Part shown: in pieces, positions 1 through 8,747 of the stretch | How the letters are laid out: the number at the start of each line of letters is the position of its first letter | How positions within the stretch are numbered: position 1 is the first letter of the stretch | Assembly (NCBI GenBank): GCA_041686025.1 | Contig: JAWLEP010000035.1 | Coordinates: 1 to 27,841, forward strand | Source: Candidatus Fermentibacteraceae bacterium | GTDB lineage: Bacteria; Fermentibacterota; Fermentibacteria; Fermentibacterales; JCC-6 | Direction: 5' to 3' | Length of the DNA: 27,841 nt | The notes under the pieces: model-generated | The model's database searches: none | What the model saw: the letters and a program-made list of their open reading frames with translations, nothing else | What the model was told of the DNA's origin: nothing | Position numbers and translations under genes: made by a program

Positions 1-1092
1 CAGGCCCCCTGGACGCTTCCGTCCTTCGCCTCCATGCTCACGGGAACCACCGCCCGCAGCCACGGTGCCGGAAGGCGGCGGAACCACGAGTACGGCCTTC
101 CCCCCGCGGCGCCCTACCTGCCCGATCTTCTACGGGAGGAGGGCTACTCCACATACGCCCATCTCAACGTCTCTTTCATCGACGAGGGCCACGGGTTCAT
201 GCGGGGCTTTGGGAGTTTCAGATGCGAGAACGCGGGCGACGCCGACGCCGACGAGGTGGTGGACCGCTTTACGGACTGGGCCGATTCCCGAAAAGAGGAC
301 GGGCCCTTCTTCGCCCTTCTGCACCTATACGACCCTCATCAGCACTACGCGCCGCCGGCCCCGTACGACACCCTCTTCGGCCCCGACCCGGATGTGGACA
401 GGAACGCCTGGGAGGTGGACGACGTGGGCCTGCCGCTGGACCCCGAGAACCTGCAGCACTACCTTGCGCTGTACGACGGGGAGATAGCCTTTACCGACGC
501 GGAGCTAGGTCGGCTGTTCGGTTTCCTGCGACAGCGGGGTCTTGAGGAGACGACCCTGGTGGTGGTGGTTGCGGACCACGGTGAGGAGTTCCTGGAGCAC
601 GGCGGAGTGGACCATGGCCACACCTTCTACCAGGAGCTGCTGCACGTGCCCCTTCTGATAAGCGGGCCGGGAGTGTCCGAGGGACGGGTGGACTCCGGCT
701 GGGTGGGCTCCTACGACCTGGCTCCCACCCTGCTGGCACTGGCCGGCGCCGAAGTGCCGGAGGTGATGGAGGGACGGGACCTCTTCACCGGCTCCGGTGA
801 GACCCGGACCATTCCCAGCAGCGGGGTGATCATCGCCCCCCAGAACCTCCCCAGGCCCTGGCACTGCGCCGTACTCCGCGACGGGGCGAAGACCTACCGT
901 CTGAAGGAGGAGGGGGAGGTGGAGGACCTGAGCACCGATCTGGCCAGGGACCCCATGGAGAGAAACCTGACGGTCGGAGGCGACTCCACACTGGTGGACG
1001 CCTACATGACATCTTCGCGCCTCTGGGAGCCCGTACGGGCCGACTGCGAAGGGACCGACAGGGAGAGGCTGCGCGACATCGGGTACTTCTGA
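1..1092 (+). CDS. Sulfatase-like / alkaline phosphatase superfamily hydrolase, 5'-partial
   Basis: Frame is open from base 1 (QAPWTLPSFASMLTG). Motifs LHLYDPH, YDGEI, VADHGEEFLEHG..HG..YQELLHVPL and C-terminal RLRDIGYF are typical of sulfatase-like proteins. The start lies upstream of the window. Confidence 0.85.
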   Translation, partial: QAPWTLPSFASMLTGTTARSHGAGRRRNHEYGLPPAAPYLPDLLREEGYSTYAHLNVSFIDEGHGFMRGFGSFRCENAGDADADEVVDRFTDWADSRKEDGPFFALLHLYDPHQHYAPPAPYDTLFGPDPDVDRNAWEVDDVGLPLDPENLQHYLALYDGEIAFTDAELGRLFGFLRQRGLEETTLVVVVADHGEEFLEHGGVDHGHTFYQELLHVPLLISGPGVSEGRVDSGWVGSYDLAPTLLALAGAEVPEVMEGRDLFTGSGETRTIPSSGVIIAPQNLPRPWHCAVLRDGAKTYRLKEEGEVEDLSTDLARDPMERNLTVGGDSTLVDAYMTSSRLWEPVRADCEGTDRERLRDIGYF

Positions 1093-1099
1093 CCCGAGC

Positions 1100-4000
1100 C
1101 TAGAGCCTGCGGGCCAGTATCACCACCTCCACGGCTTCCCGGACCTCTCCGGAGGCGGGCCGGCAGCGCAGGAAGACGATGTACCTCCCCACCGGCATCC
1201 TGGCCCCGTTCTCATCGCTGCCGTCCCACTGGAGCGCCAGGCTGCTGCCGCACTCCATGCGCTCCGTCAGCGTCTTCACCACCCTTCCCTGTACGTTGTA
1301 GATCCGGGCTGTGACCGTGTTGCCGGAGGTTTCGGCGTTCATGGATATGTTCAGAACGTCATCGTGGCCGTCGCCGTCGGGGGAGAAGGGGCTGGGCCAC
1401 ACGGCCAGGAACGGGCCGCCCTGCTGTCCGGACGAGGCGCTGTTGGGCCCGCCAGGGGTGCCGCCCTCGGCGCATCCGGTCCAGTTGGATGCTTCCCAGC
1501 CGGGGGCCGGGGCCTCTATCCTCTCCAGGCTGCGGCCGGTGTCCCCGCCCCAGTCGTCTCCGTAGGGGACGCGGTCGATCACCTGGCCGGAGGCCAGGGA
1601 GAGACGCAGGTCGTCGGCCCAGCTCTGTCCCTGCTGGTTGGTGTTGTTGAGAGTGGGCCATGTCTGCGGCTGGATCACGGGAGCCTCCACATCGGGCCAG
1701 GCCTCCCAGAAGGCCGTTGAATCGGAGCAGAGCACAGCGTAGTCCCCGGGCTGCAGAAGGATCGACGCCTCGGTCACGGAGGTGGTGTCCCGGGAGTCGG
1801 AGAAGCGGACTTCCGCCAGATCTACCGGCCCCGTGCCGGGGCAGACGTGCAGTTCCACCCACTCGGGCCTTCCCGGAGCGGGGCTGTACATGATCTCGTT
1901 GATGACCAGGGAGTAGGGCCTGTTCCAGATGACGCGGGCTGTGTCATTGGCCGGGTTGGTGTCGGCCTGGCAATGGGACACCGCCAGCAGCAGCGCCGGC
2001 GCGTCTGCGGCCGTCCACTGAGCCGGTATCTGTATGCTGTCGCCGGGCGACATCGCGCCTGCGGTCCAGGAGAAGATCTCCTCGGAAGGCTCGGCCAGGG
2101 AGTCGCCGTCGGCGTCCTCGTACAGAGCCAGAACCAGATCTCCCTGCCCTATGGGCTCCGTTCCGGCGCTGGTGAGAAAGGAGGTGAGGGTGACCTGCGA
2201 CTCCGGGGCCCCCATGGGCGGGTCGGCGGTCAGGAGCGTCACCGCGGCATCCGGCCCGGTGTACACCTCGGGCGGCGGCCCGCCGGGGGTGGGCCCCTCC
2301 GAGGAGGAGAACCAGTTGTCCTCCCGGTCCGGGCCCTCGAGGTCGATGCGCTGTACGCTGCCGCCGGTTCCGGGATCGAAGGGAATGCCGTCCAGCCCGT
2401 CATCGTCACGCTCAAGGGGGTCGTCGTCCGGGACCGGCGTCCCGTAGGTGGACATAACGAAGTCGTTGGTGGTACCGCCCGGTCCGTAGAGGGTGATGGG
2501 GTCGCTGCCGGTGAGCCCGTTGCCCAGGGCGGCGTTGGTGACGGTAAGGACCAGGGTGCCCGGAGGAAGGTCATAGGGCTGTTCTCCGTCGGGGTAGTCC
2601 TTGTCCAGTATCAGGGCGAAGCAGCCTTCGGGGAGGTAGCTGCCGTAGGCGGCGTCGGGGTCCGATACGGAGCCGGGCTCCATGGCCACCAGGGAATCCA
2701 CGGCGTCTCCGTCGGTGAAGCGGCATCCGGTGAGGTCGAAGACCCCCGGGCCGGGATAGTACAGCTCGATCATCTCGTCGCAGGCCTGGTCCTCAGGGGT
2801 GCACACCACCTCGCTCACCACCACGTCCCCGCCATCGCCCACCACCACCCCGATCCTGCCGAGGTCGTTCGACCCGTCGGGGTCGTCGGGGTGCGACGAC
2901 AGGGCCGCCATGAGGTAGTTGCCCTCGGGGCGAGTCGCAACGGTCTGCACCGTCAGGGTGTCTCCCGGGGCCAAGGGCGGGAGGTCCACCTCCTCCAGAA
3001 CCTCCCCGGAGCCCGGAAGCGAGTCGTTGTCCTGGTCGTCGAAGAAGATGACCTTTCCCCCGGACACCTCTTCCAGACCCGCGTTCAGAGCCAGCGCAGA
3101 CAGGGTTAGGGGCTCGTAGGGATCGGGATTGGCCGGGGAGGCGTCCATGCTCACCACCGCCAGGTCACAGTCGTGCTGGGGGTAGGGCACCCAGCCCGGA
3201 GTGGCGCCGTATCCCGAGCTCTCCCAGGTCCACTCGGCATCCGGGAGCAGGGGCGAGATGCGCTGGACTCCGCAGCCGTCGCCGGGGTCGAATGGGATTC
3301 CGTCGGCGCCGTCGTCGTCGCAGCCCAGGGGGTCGTCGGACAGTATCGGCGTGCCGTAGGTGGACATCAGGCTGGAGAGCGATGAGTCGGCGTGGTGGTA
3401 GAGAAGGACCGGGTCGTTGGTGGTGAGGCCGTTGCCCAGGGTCTTGTCGTCGGTCGTCACCACTACGGTGGACTCCGGCAGCTGGTAGGGCTGCGTACCC
3501 TGGGGGTAGTCGCTGTCCAGGATGAGGCCGACCCTGCCCCCCGGGAGGGCGGGCAGGGCGAGGGCGTCGGGGTCTGTTATGCCCCCGCCCTCCCAGGCCT
3601 GCAGGACGTCCAGGGCGTCGCCGTCGGTGATGTGGCAGCCGGCCAGCAGCAGCGCCCCCGGACCCGGGTAGTAGACCTCTATCATCTCGTCGGTGGTCTC
3701 GTTCAGGGCGTTGGCGACCACCTCCGTGATCACCGCCGGGACGCCTCCCCCGACGGCCAGGGGCATCCTGTCGTAATCGTCTTCGGGGCAGCCGTCCTCG
3801 GGGACATCTGCCAGGGCGGAGGGGATGTACCAGCCGGTCTCCAGGGTGACCTGCACGCTGAAGGTGTCGGTCACTCCCGGCTGGAGGTCGGCCGCCGGCC
3901 AGGAGCCCAGGATCTCCGATTGCTGGGGGATGGAGTCTCCCCAGGCGTCTAGGAACAGGTATAGCTCCCCCGAGGAGGGCGGCACCGTGCCCCAGCAGAG

Positions 4001-4711
4001 GAACGCCGCATGGATGCTGAAGGGCTCTCCACCGGGAGGGTCGGGGGAATCGGTCCATATCCCCACGCATGACACGTTGACCGTATCCGGGGGCGGCTCG
4101 GTGGGGGAGCCCGGAGAGCCTCCAAAGGGGCCCCTGAACCACGATCCCTCCTGATCGGGCGCGGTGAGCGGGTACCTCTCCACCGTGTAACCTTCCCCCG
4201 GGTCGAAGGGTATGCTGTCCAGGCCGTCGTCGTCACGCTCCTCCCAGCTGTCCGAGGGAACCGGGGTACCGTAGGTGCTGACTGCGTTGCTGTCGGCGGT
4301 GCCCCCGGGATCGAACAGGGTCAGGGGATCGCTGGAGGCGGCCAGGCCGTTGCAGATGGCATGGTCGCCGGTGGTCATTATCAGGGTCCCATCCGCGATG
4401 TCGTATACGGGATCGTCCGGGTAGTCCAGCTCGAAGACAAGGCAGAAGCCCCCCGGAAGCAGCGTGTCTGTACCCGTTACCCCCTCCGGGTGCGGGAAGG
4501 TGCCGTGTGAGGACTCGTCCCAGGCCTCCAGGTAGTCCAGCGCGTCACCGTCGGTGAGTGACCATCCGTCAAGGGCCAGAGTGTCGGGGCCGGGGTTGTG
4601 TATCTCCACGAACTCGCCGGTAGTATCATCCAGGGGGTTGGACGCCACCTCGGTGATCACGGGCGGTGTCTGGGAAACGACAAGGACGGCAATCAGCGTT
4701 ACGGGTTCCAT
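1100..4711 (-). CDS. Secreted multi-lamin-tail-domain protein with CARDB-like spacers and C-terminal FlgD-Ig/sorting domain
   Basis: 1203-aa ORF with a short hydrophobic N-terminus. Four LTD-type starts (ITEVASNP..EFVEI, ITEVVANA..EMIEV, VSEVVCTP..EMIEL, INEIMYSP..EWVEL). CARDB-like segments ending in D.D.SND / DTNPAND. C-terminal PSPFSPDGDG..RIYNVQGRVVKTL..WDGSDENG..GRYIV. Confidence 0.85.
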   Translation of the reverse strand: MEPVTLIAVLVVSQTPPVITEVASNPLDDTTGEFVEIHNPGPDTLALDGWSLTDGDALDYLEAWDESSHGTFPHPEGVTGTDTLLPGGFCLVFELDYPDDPVYDIADGTLIMTTGDHAICNGLAASSDPLTLFDPGGTADSNAVSTYGTPVPSDSWEERDDDGLDSIPFDPGEGYTVERYPLTAPDQEGSWFRGPFGGSPGSPTEPPPDTVNVSCVGIWTDSPDPPGGEPFSIHAAFLCWGTVPPSSGELYLFLDAWGDSIPQQSEILGSWPAADLQPGVTDTFSVQVTLETGWYIPSALADVPEDGCPEDDYDRMPLAVGGGVPAVITEVVANALNETTDEMIEVYYPGPGALLLAGCHITDGDALDVLQAWEGGGITDPDALALPALPGGRVGLILDSDYPQGTQPYQLPESTVVVTTDDKTLGNGLTTNDPVLLYHHADSSLSSLMSTYGTPILSDDPLGCDDDGADGIPFDPGDGCGVQRISPLLPDAEWTWESSGYGATPGWVPYPQHDCDLAVVSMDASPANPDPYEPLTLSALALNAGLEEVSGGKVIFFDDQDNDSLPGSGEVLEEVDLPPLAPGDTLTVQTVATRPEGNYLMAALSSHPDDPDGSNDLGRIGVVVGDGGDVVVSEVVCTPEDQACDEMIELYYPGPGVFDLTGCRFTDGDAVDSLVAMEPGSVSDPDAAYGSYLPEGCFALILDKDYPDGEQPYDLPPGTLVLTVTNAALGNGLTGSDPITLYGPGGTTNDFVMSTYGTPVPDDDPLERDDDGLDGIPFDPGTGGSVQRIDLEGPDREDNWFSSSEGPTPGGPPPEVYTGPDAAVTLLTADPPMGAPESQVTLTSFLTSAGTEPIGQGDLVLALYEDADGDSLAEPSEEIFSWTAGAMSPGDSIQIPAQWTAADAPALLLAVSHCQADTNPANDTARVIWNRPYSLVINEIMYSPAPGRPEWVELHVCPGTGPVDLAEVRFSDSRDTTSVTEASILLQPGDYAVLCSDSTAFWEAWPDVEAPVIQPQTWPTLNNTNQQGQSWADDLRLSLASGQVIDRVPYGDDWGGDTGRSLERIEAPAPGWEASNWTGCAEGGTPGGPNSASSGQQGGPFLAVWPSPFSPDGDGHDDVLNISMNAETSGNTVTARIYNVQGRVVKTLTERMECGSSLALQWDGSDENGARMPVGRYIVFLRCRPASGEVREAVEVVILARRL

Positions 4712-4718
4712 TTACACA

Positions 4719-4748
4719 AGAATATTTATCTGTGGTAAGGGGGGTCAA
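4719..4748 (-). promoter_or_regulatory. Putative sigma70 promoter (TTGACC-18 nt-TATTCT) for the lamin-tail protein, probably leaderless
   Basis: On the minus strand, TTGACC at 4748-4743 and TATTCT at 4724-4719 lie in an AT-rich patch. The -10 box ends 7 nt before the ATG at 4711 and no Shine-Dalgarno sequence is present. Confidence 0.5.
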
Positions 4749-4752
4749 CCCG

Positions 4753-5241
4753 CTACTGGGGCTGGGGCCAGGGCTCCGGAAGGATGAGCAGTATCTCCCG
4801 CAGCAGCTCGTCGGTTCCGGTCAGAAGCCAGCTTCCGCCGAGGTTGACGGCCTTCACCGAGAAGCTGTCGGAGTCGAGGCTGATTCGGACCTCGCAGGTG
4901 TCGGACAGCATGTCGGGGGCGGTGAACTCCGGGTCCAGCTCCTCCACTGCGCGGCGGGACGTAGTTGTGCCCGTGAGAAGCTCCAGCATGTCCAGCGGCA
5001 TCCAGCGTGACACCTCCCCCGGAGCCGCCTCCAGGAGAAGATGGCTGAAGAGAGCCGACTGCCTTTGGGCCGGCATGGCGGCCACCCGGTCCCGGAAGGA
5101 CCGGCAGGCCTCGGTGAGGCGCTCGGTCTCTCCGGGAGCCAGCGTCTGCAGGAAAGCGGCACGGTCTCCGTCCACGAGGGCGTTCCATGCGCCGCTGGCG
5201 GCCTCCTCGGGGGAGGAGGCCCCCATCGGCTGCATCAGCAC
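4753..5241 (-). CDS. Hypothetical exported protein, NTF2-like/DUF4878-like
   Basis: SSPEEAASGAWNALVDGD near the start and VKAVNLGGSWLL near the end resemble NTF2-like periplasmic domains. The start is uncertain: GTG at 5241 or an in-frame ATT at 5268. Confidence 0.6.
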   Translation of the reverse strand: MLMQPMGASSPEEAASGAWNALVDGDRAAFLQTLAPGETERLTEACRSFRDRVAAMPAQRQSALFSHLLLEAAPGEVSRWMPLDMLELLTGTTTSRRAVEELDPEFTAPDMLSDTCEVRISLDSDSFSVKAVNLGGSWLLTGTDELLREILLILPEPWPQPQ

Positions 5242-5272
5242 AAGCTGCAGCAGCAGAGCGTAGAGAATCGCG

Positions 5273-5995
5273 CTACTCCCTTATCTTGTAGGTGATCGTG
5301 ACGTCCACACCCATGGTGAAGCTCCCGGGGCTTACGTCGGGGGCCGACATCTCGCCGGCGTAGCCGCCGTAGCCCATGGTGCTGTAGTCGGTCATGGGGT
5401 AGTAGTTGGTGTACTCGTTGACCATCGTTATCTCTCCCAGCTCGACGCCCAGACCCTCGGCCAGCTGCCCGGCCTTCTGCTGTGCCTTCTCCACGGCGTC
5501 CGCCCGGGCCTCGGCGGCCAGTTCGAACCTGTCCTCGAGGGTAAAGCTGACGGAGCTAACCGTGTTCACGCCCGACTCCATCATGATTGCCAGGAACTCA
5601 CCAACGCTGTCCGGGTCACGGATGTCCGCGCGCAGGTAGTGCGAAAGGTGGTAGATGATCTCGCCGGTCTCGTTATAGGTGACCGGGTCGTACTCCTTCT
5701 CGGTCCACAGGCTGTAGGAGCTGGTGTAGATATCGTCCTCTGGGAGTCCCATCTCCATGGCAGCCGCGATGGCGGCGTCCACCTTCTGCGCCGCTTCGTC
5801 GGTCACCTCTGCCGGATCGTCACCGGTTATGTCCACCGCGAATATGACCACCGCCATGTCCGGCTCGGCGCTGGCGGTGCCGTTTCCGGTGACGGTGACC
5901 TGGTTCTGCCCCGCGTAGCCGTAGTAGTTCTCCTCTTCGCCGCAGGCCGCCAGCAGCATCAACGCCGCCAGAGCCACAAGTGCCGCTCTCGCCAT
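5273..5995 (-). CDS. SIMPL (DUF541) domain lipoprotein
   Basis: ATG at 5995 with GAAGGAG RBS and lipobox LAAC. Motifs VTVTGNGTASAEPDMA, EARADAVEKAQQKAGQLAEGLGVELG and terminal VTITY. Confidence 0.9.
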   Translation of the reverse strand: MARAALVALAALMLLAACGEEENYYGYAGQNQVTVTGNGTASAEPDMAVVIFAVDITGDDPAEVTDEAAQKVDAAIAAAMEMGLPEDDIYTSSYSLWTEKEYDPVTYNETGEIIYHLSHYLRADIRDPDSVGEFLAIMMESGVNTVSSVSFTLEDRFELAAEARADAVEKAQQKAGQLAEGLGVELGEITMVNEYTNYYPMTDYSTMGYGGYAGEMSAPDVSPGSFTMGVDVTITYKIRE

Positions 5996-6115
5996 CCCGG
6001 GGTCTCCTTCCCTCTGGTCCCATATGTACTGGGTCAATATATCTGTTTCCGACCGCAACCCGTATACAAAGGCCTCGGCCTTCTCATTCCATTCGGCCCG
6101 GCGGAAGGGACAGCC

Positions 6116-7900
6116 ATGGAGCGGATATCGCCCACCTGGGACCTCGACAGCATCTACCAGGGCGGTTCGGAATCGCCGCGGATGCAGGCAGATCTGCAGA
6201 GGGCGGACCAGATGACGAAAAAGGTGAAGGGTCTGGCGGAGGGAGGCTGTCCCGGCGCCGGGCAGGAGTACGGCCTGAAGAGGCTGCTTCTGGACTACTC
6301 GGACGCCCTCATGCTCACAGAGCAGCTGGACTCCTTCGCCGAGTGCCTGCTGGCCGCGGATACCACCGACCGCAGGGCGGCGATACCGGCGGCCAGGGTG
6401 GCGGTGTGCAGGGGCAGGCTGGAGGCGGCGGCGGTGAGGATCGGATTTCGGCTGCTGGAGCTGGCCGACGATGAGCTGGGAGAGCTTCTGGACTGCAGCG
6501 AGCTGCGAGAGGTGGCCTTCGCCGCATGTGAGATGCGAAGGTCTGCGGAGAGGCGGATGGACGCCGGCCGTGAGGCCCTGGCCAGCTCACTGGCGGTGGA
6601 CGGCTACCACGGCTGGAGCCGCATGTACGATGCGCTGGTGGGGGAGGTGAGGGTCAGCTACGATTCCGGGGAAGGGGTTCGCTCGGTATCCGCCGGCCAG
6701 GCCCACAACCTCATGAGAGACCCCTCGCGCCGGCTGCGAAAGAGCGTCTTCGAGGGGTGGAAGCGGGCGTGGGGCGAAAGGAGCGAAGCCTTCGCCGAGG
6801 TGCTGAACAGCCTGGCGGGATTCCGTCTGTCTCTCTACCGGGGCCGGGGGTGGGACTCTCCGCTGGCGGAGACGCTGGAGGTGAACCGGACGTCGCAGAA
6901 GACGCTGGAGGCCATGTGGGAGGCGGTGGAGGCCGCGGCTCCCCGGCTGGGCAGTTACCTGGCGGCAAGGGCTGGAAGGATGGGCCTTCCGGCCCTCAGC
7001 TGGTACGACCTGGAGGCGCCGATGTCGGCCGACTCGGGGAAGCTGTCGCTGCAGGAGGCGGCGGAGATGGTGGCCGGCAGGTTCAGGGAGTTCTCCGGGG
7101 AGATGGGGGAGTTCGCCCGCAGGGCCCTGGAGGAGGGTTGGGTGGAGTCGGAGGACAGGGAGGGAAAAGCCCCTGGCGCTTTCTGCACCGACTTCCCTAT
7201 TGCCGGCCAGTCCAGGGTGTTCACCACCTTCGGCGGCGACCTGTCGTCGGCGGCCACGCTGGCGCACGAGCTGGGCCACGCCTGGCACGGCCACGTCCTG
7301 CGGGACAGGCCCTACATGGCCCGGCTGTATCCCATGACCCTGGCGGAGACGGCCTCGACCTTCGCGGAGGCCCTGGTGGCCGGCGCCGCCCTGGAAGCGG
7401 CCGGGACCGAGACGGACAGGATGGCGGTCCTGGACGGCCTGGCCGGCGAGGCGGTGACCATGCTGATGAACATCCGGGCGCGGTTTCTCTTCGAGACCCG
7501 CTTCTACCGCCTGCGGGCCGGGGGGGCTCCGCTGCCCGCCTCCGGGCTCTCCGAGCTGATGGAGGAGGCCCAGAGGGAGGCCTACTGCGATTCGCTGGCC
7601 GAGTACCACCCCCTCTTCTGGTGCTCGAAGCTGCACTTCTACGATACCCGGCAGCCCTTCTACAACTGGCCCTACACCTTCGGGTACCTGTTCAGCATGG
7701 GGCTGCGGGCCCGGGCCAGGGACGCCGGAGAGGGCTTCGCCCACCGCTGGCGGGCGCTGCTGGCCGACACCGGGTCCGGGACGGTGGAGGAGCTGGCCCG
7801 CAGGCACCTGGACGCGGATCTCACCGATGGCGGGTTCTGGGAGTCGGCGGTGGCGGAGGCGGTCCGGCCGGCCGAGGAGCTTACTCGCCTATTATCTTGA
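6116..7900 (+). CDS. pepF: M3 family oligoendopeptidase (PepF-like)
   Basis: ATG at 6116 ([14 protein letters not shown]). Motifs [19 protein letters not shown] (HExxH), [10 protein letters not shown] and [17 protein letters not shown]. Confidence 0.9.
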   Translation: MERISPTWDLDSIYQGGSESPRMQADLQRADQMTKKVKGLAEGGCPGAGQEYGLKRLLLDYSDALMLTEQLDSFAECLLAADTTDRRAAIPAARVAVCRGRLEAAAVRIGFRLLELADDELGELLDCSELREVAFAACEMRRSAERRMDAGREALASSLAVDGYHGWSRMYDALVGEVRVSYDSGEGVRSVSAGQAHNLMRDPSRRLRKSVFEGWKRAWGERSEAFAEVLNSLAGFRLSLYRGRGWDSPLAETLEVNRTSQKTLEAMWEAVEAAAPRLGSYLAARAGRMGLPALSWYDLEAPMSADSGKLSLQEAAEMVAGRFREFSGEMGEFARRALEEGWVESEDREGKAPGAFCTDFPIAGQSRVFTTFGGDLSSAATLAHELGHAWHGHVLRDRPYMARLYPMTLAETASTFAEALVAGAALEAAGTETDRMAVLDGLAGEAVTMLMNIRARFLFETRFYRLRAGGAPLPASGLSELMEEAQREAYCDSLAEYHPLFWCSKLHFYDTRQPFYNWPYTFGYLFSMGLRARARDAGEGFAHRWRALLADTGSGTVEELARRHLDADLTDGGFWESAVAEAVRPAEELTRLLS

Positions 7901-8297
7901 CCAGGACCCGCTTGCGGCGCCTGCCGTCAAACTCGCCGTAGAAGATCTGTTCCCAGGGCCCCAGGTCCAGCTCGCCGTCGGTGATGGCCACCACCACCTC
8001 CCGGCCCATTATCTGGCGCTTCATGTGGGCGTCGGCGTTGTCCTCGGCGCCGTTGTGCCGGTACTGGTCCACCGGAGCGTGGGGGGCCAGACGCTCCAGC
8101 CAGTCGTCGTAGTCCCGGATCAGACCCGGCTCGTCGTCGTTGATGTAGACGCTGGCCGTGATGTGCATGGCGTTCACCAGGCAGAGGCCCTCCCTGATGC
8201 CGCTGCTCTCCACGTGCTCCTCTATGGTGGGGGTGATGTTTATGTATCCCCGGCGGTCGGGGGTGTTGAACCACAGGTAGTCGGTGTGCGATTTCAT
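7881..8297 (-). CDS. yjbQ: YjbQ/UPF0047 family protein (secondary thiamine-phosphate synthase)
   Basis: Motifs MHITASV.IND, HN..EDNADAH.K and [26 protein letters not shown]. Confidence 0.92.
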   Translation of the reverse strand: MKSHTDYLWFNTPDRRGYINITPTIEEHVESSGIREGLCLVNAMHITASVYINDDEPGLIRDYDDWLERLAPHAPVDQYRHNGAEDNADAHMKRQIMGREVVVAITDGELDLGPWEQIFYGEFDGRRRKRVLVKIIGE

Positions 8298-8313
8298 ACC
8301 CTTCAGCCCTTCC

Positions 8314-8622
8314 TCATTCCAGCTCCGTCTCGAAGATGTCCATTCCGGTGCGCATGACCTCCCAGCGGGGGTCGTAGAGCAGCTGACGCGCCCGGTCCAG
8401 CAGCTTCTCCACGCCGGAGGCGCTTCCGCTTACGCAGCCGGCGGCTATCCAGGCGAAGCGGACGTCACCGGTGGGGCCCACCTGGGCGGCGGACAGACCC
8501 CGGTTGCGCAGCCTGTCCAGCAGCGACCGCACCGGGGCCCGCCTCTCCTTCAGCGACCGGCAGCCGTGGAAGCGCAGCTGCGCCACCACCACGCCGGAGA
8601 ACGCCTTGCCGCTTCCGCCCAT
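8314..8622 (-). CDS. DUF503 (YlxP-like) protein
   Basis: 102 aa with [35 protein letters not shown], matching the DUF503 pattern SLKEKR..V.SL...L. Confidence 0.75.
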   Translation of the reverse strand: MGGSGKAFSGVVVAQLRFHGCRSLKERRAPVRSLLDRLRNRGLSAAQVGPTGDVRFAWIAAGCVSGSASGVEKLLDRARQLLYDPRWEVMRTGMDIFETELE

Positions 8623-8637
8623 AGCCCCCCCCGAGCA

Positions 8638-8747
8638 GTGCCTGACGTTAACTGGTTAACTATTTCCAGTCGCGGGTATGATGAAGGATGCGGGGCGGTT
8701 CTGCAAACACCGAATGCGAAAATAGTTAACTAGTTAACGTCAGGCAC
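8638..8747. mobile_element. 110-bp MITE-like element with 28-bp terminal inverted repeats
   Basis: GTGCCTGACGTTAACTGGTTAACTATTT (8638-8665) and AAATAGTTAACTAGTTAACGTCAGGCAC (8720-8747) match at 27/28 as inverted repeats around a 54-bp spacer. The repeat is certain, but mobility is inferred and no target-site duplication is visible. Confidence 0.6.

Noticed and set aside
5639..6115. N-terminal extensions in the ORF track (pepF from 5639, kinase from 18118, PorV from 12657, PPC-like from 18352, DUF362 from 26856)
   Set aside because: The extensions overlap neighbouring genes or promoters and precede the family-typical N-termini, and RBS-supported downstream starts fit better.
8638..8747. Integron attC site
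   Set aside because: GTTAAC resembles the core site, but the RYYYAAC/GTTRRRY boxes and extrahelical bases do not fit, and there is no integrase or cassette array.
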